The notes under the pieces were generated by a model that searched no databases, was not told where the DNA came from, and saw only the letters and a program-made list of their open reading frames with translations. This document shows, in pieces, positions 1-6,585 of a stretch of DNA of 10,459 nt. This DNA comes from Bdellovibrionota bacterium (GTDB lineage: Bacteria; Bdellovibrionota_C; UBA2361; OMII01), in assembly GCA_044356215.1 (NCBI GenBank), contig JBIKWQ010000097.1, positions 1 to 10,459 on the forward strand. Direction: 5' to 3'. Both the position numbers and the translations under genes were made by a program. How positions within the stretch are numbered: position 1 is the first letter of the stretch; every line of letters begins with the position of its first letter.

Positions 1-109
1 CTTTGGCTTTTGAATTTTCGGTGCTCACCCTGACGGTGCCAGGGTTGCGCTCCGAAAAATTCAAAAATCCTGCGTGCTTTTGAGCATCTGCACCATTTTC
101 ATCCTCCTT
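1..109. repeat. Palindromic REP/MITE-like element, probably truncated by the window start
   Basis: Long hairpin: TTTTGAATTTTCGG (8-21) pairs with CCGAAAAATTCAAAA (52-66, one bulged A), and inner ACCCTG (27-32) pairs with CAGGGT (40-45). The flanking arm CATCTGCACCATTTTCATCCTCC (85-107) resembles the ends of dispersed intergenic palindromic repeats (recalled, unverified). Confidence 0.5.
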
Positions 110-198
110 AACTGCTCTTTTTAGGTTTAATTGTAGATGCCTTCACTTTTATTTCGGAAGCGGGTAGCGTAAACATAAGTCAAAAGTATTTGATAAAT

Positions 199-216
199 GT
201 GACCACGGCTGGTCAC
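199..216. promoter_or_regulatory. Inverted repeat upstream of alr (possible operator or 5' UTR hairpin)
   Basis: Perfect GTGACCA-CGGC-TGGTCAC (7-4-7), ending 19 bp before the alr ATG. Confidence 0.3.
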
Positions 217-235
217 CCTGATCTTAATAATTTCT

Positions 236-1372
236 ATGAACGGGCAGATATCGAGTCAATTTGTTCAGAGGCCGACTCATATCGAGGTCGATGTAGCGGC
301 GCTGAAAGCTAACTTTAGATCGATTAGGGATCGGGTTGCCCCTGCCAAGGTCATGGCCAGCGTGAAAGCTAACGGTTACGGACACGGTTTGGTCACAGTG
401 TCCAAGGTTTTGGAGGAAGAGGGGATCGATGGCTTAGGCGTGGCATACATCGAGGAAGCCTTAGAGCTGCGCCGCGCGGGCATTAAAACACCGGTATTAG
501 TTTTCGGCGGCCTGATGCGGGAACAGCTAGAGCTTTATATCAACAACGACGTTGATCTAACGGCCTCTTCAGTCAGTAAGTTAGAGTATATAGAGGCTAC
601 AGCGGCCCGGCTGGGCAAGCGCGCCAGGGTACATCTTAAGATAGATACTGGACTAGAGCGGATCGGGGTCCACCACTACTCGGCTCAATCGTTGTTTGAC
701 GCGGCGTTGTCGGTACGGAGCTGTGATGTTGTAGGGGTCTATTCTCATTTTGCAGAGGTTAATAGACACGACTTGTCCTTGGCTAACCTTCAACTGGAGC
801 GGTTCCTGACATCGCTTGAGTATTTCGAGCGGCGGGCAAGCGCTCCGTTTTTAAGGCATATCGCTAACTCTGGGGCAGTTTTGGGGATGCCCGAGAGTTA
901 CCTAGATATGGTTAGACCGGGTTTGTGCCTCTACGGGGTCATGCCGGACCGGTCGTTTGATGGCTCATTAGATCTAAAGCCGACCCTGAGTTTAAAGAGC
1001 CAGGTGGTTTACTTTAAGGTGGTAAAGGAGGGTGCTGGGGTTAGTTATGGGCATGCGTGGACAGCTCCGCAAGATACAAGGGTCGTCACCGTCCCAATCG
1101 GTTATGGTGATGGATACCTACGTGGGCTTTCGAATAAAGCCCAGGTTCTTATCGGCGGCCAGCGTCGGCCAGTCATTGGCCGGGTTTGTATGGACCAACT
1201 AATGGTTGATATCTCCCCATCAGGCGAGGCCTATAATGGCGATGAAGTGGTTTTAATTGGCCGTCAAGGGGATCAAGAGATAAAAGTAGAGGAACTGGCG
1301 GCGCTACTTGATACGACACCGCACGAGGTGCTGGTTATACTGAGCCAGCGGGTGCCGCGGGTGGTGGTTTAG
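236..1372 (+). CDS. alr: Alanine racemase (PLP-dependent)
   Basis: PLP-lysine motif ASVKANGYGHG, HLKIDTG, YSHFA, HIANS, MVRPG, catalytic Tyr in GVSYG, PIGYGDG, GRVCMDQ; 378 aa is a typical length. Confidence 0.97.
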   Translation: MNGQISSQFVQRPTHIEVDVAALKANFRSIRDRVAPAKVMASVKANGYGHGLVTVSKVLEEEGIDGLGVAYIEEALELRRAGIKTPVLVFGGLMREQLELYINNDVDLTASSVSKLEYIEATAARLGKRARVHLKIDTGLERIGVHHYSAQSLFDAALSVRSCDVVGVYSHFAEVNRHDLSLANLQLERFLTSLEYFERRASAPFLRHIANSGAVLGMPESYLDMVRPGLCLYGVMPDRSFDGSLDLKPTLSLKSQVVYFKVVKEGAGVSYGHAWTAPQDTRVVTVPIGYGDGYLRGLSNKAQVLIGGQRRPVIGRVCMDQLMVDISPSGEAYNGDEVVLIGRQGDQEIKVEELAALLDTTPHEVLVILSQRVPRVVV

Positions 1373-1427
1373 CTCCGAGTAGAGCATAATTAATCGTTCG
1401 GCCCCCCTTTCTTTTTGTCACCAGAGC

Positions 1428-3047
1428 TTAGTCGCGGGTGCTTTGGAAGTTTTTGGCGTCCTCCTTGAGGTAGCCAGCGAGAATAATATGGCCATTTTCG
1501 CGCGCATGGTCTTCGGCTCGCTTGTTACATCGGTCTTTCAATTTTGGATTCGCGTTAAATTCTCTAAGAACCTCAATGAAATACTCATTGCCCTTTTCCG
1601 CGGCGACCATCAGTAATGTCTTGTTACCATCAAAGCGATCGTTAATCCTGAACTTCTTGTTTGTCGTTAGAAAGTCCAAGATTTTTTTGATTCTACTAGT
1701 TACCTGAGCCCCTTCTTTTCGATAATCGTCGGTGGTAATTTTGCTAACGGCCGCAATCAAAAATTTACGAATGTTCTGAGGAGTAAGCGCTTTAGTTACC
1801 TTATCTGTCGGCATAAGGTTTTTGTTGTTTAGGAGAAGAGAGATTAACTCCTCAAAACGCTCCGGTTTGAAAAGCTCAGGATCGATTTTCTCCGCGACTC
1901 TATTTAAATCAGACTTAGCTCGAATGGGTTTAGCTCTTCTTTTTGACGGGGTAGGTACCGTGTTGCCCTCCTCCTTTAAGCGCTCACGAAGTCGCGTGAG
2001 ACCGCTATTTGTAACATCAGCTAGTTCGAAAAAATCAGCGGTACTTATGACCGCTTGTCGCGGATCTTTTACCCACTTTATTTCCGAACTGTTGAGCAAG
2101 ATATTGCTCATTTCGTCGAGAAAATCGCGCATGCTATTAATATCAATACACTGCTTGGCGAGACTTATTTGATCCTCGGTTAGCCCAGCATTCCCTCCAA
2201 AAGAAAGGGCTTCCACAGGATGGCGTTCGAGGATAAATTTTAAGAGCTCTTCATTCCTGGCATTTAGTGCTAATTTACCGAAGCCATATGAATAATACTT
2301 AGATCCATATTTCTCCCATACAGGCTGTCTAATATCTCCAGGGCGTATACCAAAAATATCGAGCTTTTCATCCAGCGGCTTTATGAGCCTAAGAGCTAGG
2401 CGCCTGTTCGCGATGGCGGTCATTAAGTTATCAACTGAGGCTAGAAGAGCGGGTGATGTACGGCCCCAGATAAATGCATCCCCTTTAGCGTGATTAAAAG
2501 ATAGCATTTCATCCACAAGGCTCGAAACGATTCGCAGGTCTGGCTCAGGAAAGGTCAGAGCTATTAAGTTAAGTTTGTTCGCCTTTGCATAGAACGAGTT
2601 CAGGGCATTTGGTACTTCATAAGCAAGACTCGAATAGAGGTCGGCGCCCTCGCCCTTCTTTTTAGTTCTTTCAGACCAGATGTTAACCAATTTCGGATCA
2701 CAACAGGCGGTCAAGAGATCGCTCGGAGTGATATTGTTATGCTCAAATTTGCGAACGTTTAAACACAGAGTCGAGATGAGAGCCGCGATGAGTTCCTTGA
2801 TTTTGTTACCTTTTTCTTCTGAACTAGGGAAGTAACTTCGCCAGACACTCTCCACTAGCTTTCTCGTAAGGTTTTGATCCTTGAAGTCCTCTTTCAGCAA
2901 GTCAGTGGCAATTTCAAAAGGATCTACTTTTGGAGATGTCGCTTGATTGGCCCATCCCGAGGAGGACGCTCCGTCAGCTTGAGAAAAACAAAGAGCTGGG
3001 GTACTTGATTGATGCGCAATGCCAGTGAACGCCATAACTGTAGACAA
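1428..3047 (-). CDS. Hypothetical protein with C-terminal ankyrin repeats
   Basis: 539-aa ORF. The C-terminus DGNKTLLMVAAEKGNEYFIEVLREFNANPKLKDRCNKRAEDHARENGHIILAGYL fits about two ankyrin repeats (nt 1467-1646). The N-terminal ~460 aa are unrecognised. Start uncertain (TTG 3047 or ATG 3035). Confidence 0.8.
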   Translation of the reverse strand: MSTVMAFTGIAHQSSTPALCFSQADGASSSGWANQATSPKVDPFEIATDLLKEDFKDQNLTRKLVESVWRSYFPSSEEKGNKIKELIAALISTLCLNVRKFEHNNITPSDLLTACCDPKLVNIWSERTKKKGEGADLYSSLAYEVPNALNSFYAKANKLNLIALTFPEPDLRIVSSLVDEMLSFNHAKGDAFIWGRTSPALLASVDNLMTAIANRRLALRLIKPLDEKLDIFGIRPGDIRQPVWEKYGSKYYSYGFGKLALNARNEELLKFILERHPVEALSFGGNAGLTEDQISLAKQCIDINSMRDFLDEMSNILLNSSEIKWVKDPRQAVISTADFFELADVTNSGLTRLRERLKEEGNTVPTPSKRRAKPIRAKSDLNRVAEKIDPELFKPERFEELISLLLNNKNLMPTDKVTKALTPQNIRKFLIAAVSKITTDDYRKEGAQVTSRIKKILDFLTTNKKFRINDRFDGNKTLLMVAAEKGNEYFIEVLREFNANPKLKDRCNKRAEDHARENGHIILAGYLKEDAKNFQSTRD

Positions 3048-3139
3048 CGACTACCTATTAAATCCGGGCCTTTATATGGGTAGTATATAATTTCCCTCCC
3101 GCTAATCAAATCAGCCGAAAAAGTCATGAAATCCGTCTT

Positions 3140-3928
3140 CTAGCAGCTTACATCCCCACCCCTAACAGTCGCTATCGCGCTAACTACCGCGAGCTCCGAC
3201 CTAAGAATAGAGGGACCCAACGAAACGGGTGTGGCGTACACTCTTTCCCGTAATAGACTAATCTCCTCGGGGGAGGGGTCTCCCTCCGGCCCGATGATGA
3301 GCAGCGCTGGTTTGCTTTTATCGGCTGTTTTTATCACGTCGCTTAAGAGCTTTATTCCTGGTTCAAGAGAGCAGAAGTATAGATCCACATCGCGATCTCT
3401 TTTGAGCTCAGTGATCGCTATTTCAAGTGAGCTGTGAACCCTTACCTCGGGTGGCTTTCTCTGTCTACTTTGTTGGGCCGCCGCGACAGCGATCTTAGAA
3501 AGGCGAGACTCACGCTGCTTGAAGTCCTCGGCGCTCTTTAATCTAACAACGCTTCTAGGTGACTGCCAAAAGTGAATAGCGCGGCATCCTAGTTCAGTGC
3601 TCCAATCGCAGATCTGATCGTTTTTATCTCCTTTGCAGAGGGCGCATAAGATTAAGAGTTCTCTCTGTTTAGGTGCGTTGTCCGAGATCCATGCGGTAAT
3701 GGTGATGGTAACTCCAGCCGCTGTAAGGGATTCAATAGTCGCTAGCCCGATTACTCCCGTGGCTGGATCTCCTACCTCAAGTGCCTCACCAGCTTTTAGC
3801 CTTAAGACATCCCTTAGATAGTGACTCTCGCTATCTGTCAGTTCTATTCGTTTAGGGAGGGGGTCAGAAAACAAAAGCCGCGCGTCACTCAAAAAAATTC
3901 GTGGGCCTGATGAGTAACGCGCGGCCAT
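3140..3928 (-). CDS. rsmE: 16S rRNA m3U1498 methyltransferase RsmE
   Basis: HYLRDVLRLK, K-G-D-K..STELG, AAAQQSRQ, SPOUT motifs IIGPEGD and SLGPSILRSELA. ATG at 3928 preferred over TTG at 3934. Confidence 0.95.
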   Translation of the reverse strand: MAARYSSGPRIFLSDARLLFSDPLPKRIELTDSESHYLRDVLRLKAGEALEVGDPATGVIGLATIESLTAAGVTITITAWISDNAPKQRELLILCALCKGDKNDQICDWSTELGCRAIHFWQSPRSVVRLKSAEDFKQRESRLSKIAVAAAQQSRQRKPPEVRVHSSLEIAITELKRDRDVDLYFCSLEPGIKLLSDVIKTADKSKPALLIIGPEGDPSPEEISLLRERVYATPVSLGPSILRSELAVVSAIATVRGGDVSC

Positions 3929-3948
3929 AAGCAAAAAGATGAGAGGAC

Positions 3949-4560
3949 CTACTTCTTACGTAGACCCATCTTCTCTAAACGTTGAGCTAGGTAAGGGATC
4001 TTATCGTATCCAACGATGCGCTCACCGCTCTCGAATACGAATGTTGGGGTATCAAACACACCTAGCTTGCGACCACGCTTGTAAATTCCCTTAACGCGCT
4101 CGCGAGTGTCAGAGGAAGAGACCTTGCTTAGGAAGTCACCGAGGTCGATATCGAGGTCATCGCACAACTCGTTCATGAACGCGTCCTGATTTGGATCCTC
4201 GCCTAATCCCCACCACTTGTTAAATACCTTGATGTTGTACTCTAGAAGTACGCCTAAATCGTTAGCGATCAGAGCGCCGCGTGTTATACGACCTGGGTCG
4301 AACTCAACTTCCGGCCAGTTCTCTGGGTAGGTGATAGCTAAGCCGCGATCGCTGGCGATACGACGGGTGTCCTCAAATAGGTAAGAAAGCTTGTCAGGAA
4401 GGATCCCCTGTTGTGGAACTGGGTTACCTGAGGCGCGCGCCGAGAAAGGCTGCCAAAGGAGCTCTACGTTGTATTTCTCCTGGATGTCGTAAATCGGGTC
4501 CATGGCCAAATACGAGTAGGGACTCTGGAATGAATAGAAGACTTCAATTTTATCTGTCAT
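3949..4560 (-). CDS. DsbA-family / 2-hydroxychromene-2-carboxylate isomerase (glutathione S-transferase kappa-like) protein
   Basis: N-terminal IEVFYSFQSPYSY (Ser-type rather than CxxC) and C-terminal GVFDTPTFV cis-Pro loop; 203 aa. Lies 20 bp upstream of the rsmE ATG, so the two are likely co-transcribed. Confidence 0.85.
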   Translation of the reverse strand: MTDKIEVFYSFQSPYSYLAMDPIYDIQEKYNVELLWQPFSARASGNPVPQQGILPDKLSYLFEDTRRIASDRGLAITYPENWPEVEFDPGRITRGALIANDLGVLLEYNIKVFNKWWGLGEDPNQDAFMNELCDDLDIDLGDFLSKVSSSDTRERVKGIYKRGRKLGVFDTPTFVFESGERIVGYDKIPYLAQRLEKMGLRKK

Positions 4561-4609
4561 AAGGGCACTTTAAAGTAGAAAGTTAAATAGCTTCTCACTG
4601 AGTGGTGGC

Positions 4610-4630
4610 GATCATCGGTCACCGAGGATC
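4610..4630. promoter_or_regulatory. 21-bp near-perfect palindrome (candidate operator)
   Basis: GATC-A-TCGGT-C-ACCGA-G-GATC: 9 of 10 arm positions are complementary. It lies in a divergent intergenic region, directly abutting the candidate ncRNA. Confidence 0.4.
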
Positions 4631-4866
4631 AAGCCAGATTAGGTTAGCGGGGGATGAGAGGTCTTTTAAAAATCTCGCGCCCGTAGCCCAACTTATACCC
4701 GTGAAGCAGCCTTCACGGGGGTACTTACGTATAACTTTTGTGGTAGCGGACCTTCTGCCAAGGCGAGAGTACGCTACCCCCAAGAGGCGCGTAAGTAATA
4801 TCTGCCAGCCCAAGGTGTGGTATGAACCATCCAACTCTTAAAGGTAAAGTATTCCGGATCTGGCTT
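4631..4866 (+). ncRNA. Candidate large structured ncRNA (possible raiA-motif-like RNA or cis-regulatory leader)
   Basis: Closing stem AAGCCAGATT (4631-4640)/GATCTGGCTT (4857-4866) encloses four stems: 4642-4651/4680-4688; perfect CCCGTGAAG/CTTCACGGG (4698-4719); a long rod 4722-4797; and 4814-4832. Several G-U pairs form only on the + strand. Confidence 0.65.
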
Positions 4867-5034
4867 ATTTGCAAGATTAAGTCCTACAAACTTCGGAAAA
4901 ACGGGTCCGTATTAACCCCGGGCGGTCTTCCGGCTAGTGATTGCAGTCTTTGTTGTTAGAGCTTATTTACCTTTCCGGTTAAAATTTGCTAGTGTCCTAG
5001 CGGAGTTGCGACGATAATGATTGGTCTTAATCGC

Positions 5035-5955
5035 ATGCGAATAGGTGAATTACTAAATACAGGTAACGGGGGCAATGGATCTAAGATAGGCCTCGATAGA
5101 CCTATTCTCTGCCTAGAGATTAACCCGCCGCGTGGAACCGAGATTGAGCCGGTGCTAGGCCGATATGCTGATCTTAAGGGGGTCGACCTCGTGAATGTAA
5201 CCGACTCAGCGTTAGCCAAGATGAAGCTGTCGGGAGTTGTATTCGCTGCACTATTTAAACAACGGTACGGGATTGAGCCGGTTGTTAACCTCTCTTGTAG
5301 AGATCGGAATGTGATAGCTCTCCAGGCTGACCTCTTGGGAGCTTGGTCACTCGGTATAAGATCGATTGTGGCTTTAACAGGAGACGCGGTTACAGTCGGT
5401 GATCTTCCAGAGGCAAAGGGAGTTTTTGAGGTTAACTCGGTCGGTCTTTTAAATATTATCTCAACCCTAAACTCCGGAAAGGATCTGGCTGGAGTAGATT
5501 TGAAAGGTGGCACGAAGTACGTGCCAGGAGTCGTTGTTAATCCAAACGCTAAGAACAGGGACGCCGAAATCCGTCGTTTGCAACGTAAGCGAGATGCTGG
5601 CGGTTCATACGCGTTGAGTCAGCCGGTTTTCGATGTAGAGCACGCTGTGTCTTTCTTTGAGGCGGCCGCTTCTACAGGTATCGATAATTTTGTCGGGTTG
5701 TTACCGTTTAAGAGCGCTAAGTCTTTTGAGGCGGTAGCTAAGGTTCCTGGGATAAAGGTGCCGGAAAAGGTGTTAGAGAAGGTTAGATCCTTAAGTGAGG
5801 GTGACGTTCAGAGCTATTCGATTGATATAGCCTGCGAGATAGCGGAAAAAACGAAGCCGTATGTGCGAGGTTTTCACGTTGTCAGTGGTGGTTCTCCGCT
5901 AGCGGCGATAGAGTTAACAAATCGACTCGCTTCGTGGATAGCCGCGAGGTGGTAG
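5035..5955 (+). CDS. metF: Methylenetetrahydrofolate reductase family protein (stand-alone, like the C-terminal domain of YitJ)
   Basis: EINPPRG, VNVTD, LSCRDRNVIALQADLLGA, ALTGD, GVFEVNS, SQPVFD, GFHV motifs of the FAD-linked MTHFR barrel. Start is ATG 5035 or 5017. Confidence 0.88.
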   Translation: MRIGELLNTGNGGNGSKIGLDRPILCLEINPPRGTEIEPVLGRYADLKGVDLVNVTDSALAKMKLSGVVFAALFKQRYGIEPVVNLSCRDRNVIALQADLLGAWSLGIRSIVALTGDAVTVGDLPEAKGVFEVNSVGLLNIISTLNSGKDLAGVDLKGGTKYVPGVVVNPNAKNRDAEIRRLQRKRDAGGSYALSQPVFDVEHAVSFFEAAASTGIDNFVGLLPFKSAKSFEAVAKVPGIKVPEKVLEKVRSLSEGDVQSYSIDIACEIAEKTKPYVRGFHVVSGGSPLAAIELTNRLASWIAARW

Positions 5956-5995
5956 AGGTTTATGTTGTTTCGGATTTAATTGAGAGGATAGAGAG

Positions 5996-6580
5996 ATGAA
6001 GCGTAGAGAGGAGATGACATTCCTAGAGAGGATCTACGTTGTAGAGATCGCCAAAGGATTGCGAATTACCTTTGGTAAGCTAATCGGTAATCTGTGGTTG
6101 CACATATTACATGCTCTTGGGGTGAAGACCTCATTGGCCGCCGCCGCTTCAATCCAATACCCTAATGCCCGTCGGCCGTATCCCCCACGGTACCGTGGAC
6201 GCCACAGATTGACCCTTTATCCAAGCGGCGATGTTAAGTGCACCTCGTGTTTTCTCTGCGCTACGGCGTGTCCGGCTAAGTGCATATACATCGAGGCTTC
6301 AGAGCATGAGGACCCAGAGGTAGAGAAATTTCCGAAGCGCTACGAGATCGATACGCTTTTATGTATCTACTGTGGATACTGTGTTGAGGCGTGTCCTGTA
6401 GACGCAATCCGAATGGATACGGGTCTACACCCAGAGGTTTACCCAGCGGATCCGCGTCTCTTTATTGAGGATAAGGAGACACTAATGGAGCGCTCTCGTG
6501 TTCTAGAGGATCTCGGACCAGAGCGTCTCTACGATATGCATATGAAGAAGATGCAAGAGCTCGAAAAGGTAATACTCTAA
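5996..6580 (+). CDS. nuoI: NADH-quinone oxidoreductase subunit I (NuoI)-like 2x[4Fe-4S] protein
   Basis: IQYP...YRGRHRL, two ferredoxin motifs CTSCFLCATACP and CIYCGYCVEACPVDAI, and YEID; purine-rich RBS upstream. Confidence 0.9.
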   Translation: MKRREEMTFLERIYVVEIAKGLRITFGKLIGNLWLHILHALGVKTSLAAAASIQYPNARRPYPPRYRGRHRLTLYPSGDVKCTSCFLCATACPAKCIYIEASEHEDPEVEKFPKRYEIDTLLCIYCGYCVEACPVDAIRMDTGLHPEVYPADPRLFIEDKETLMERSRVLEDLGPERLYDMHMKKMQELEKVIL

Positions 6581-6585
6581 TTGGG

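Noticed and set aside
243..251. 9-nt complementarity between the alr 5' coding region (GGCAGATAT) and the candidate RNA (ATATCTGCC, 4798-4806)
   Set aside because: A 9-nt match between a 236-nt region and a 10-kb window is expected by chance.
1373..1427. Intrinsic terminator between the convergent alr and ankyrin genes
   Set aside because: A T-rich run is present but no convincing GC-rich stem precedes it.
1522..2172. Antisense ORFs 1522-1707 and 1822-2172
   Set aside because: Shadow frames opposite the ankyrin gene with no protein-like features.
2924..3821. ORFs 2924-3127, 3231-3437 and 3633-3821
   Set aside because: Short, and overlapping or antisense to well-supported CDSs.
4602..4841. 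Small ORFs 4602-4841 (+) and 4619-4834 (-)
   Set aside because: Non-ATG starts, no recognisable domains, mutually antisense, and both overlap the structured RNA candidate, which explains the region better.
4631..4866. Retron msr-msd interpretation (terminal inverted repeats plus long hairpin)
   Set aside because: No reverse transcriptase in the window, and G-U wobbles in the long stem fit an RNA helix better than an msDNA hairpin.
4603..4867. tmRNA, RNase P RNA or 6S RNA
   Set aside because: TGGTGG at 4603 is not followed by a T-arm complement. GGCTTA at 4862 has no GAGGAAAGTCC partner. The fold is multibranched rather than a single rod with a central bubble.
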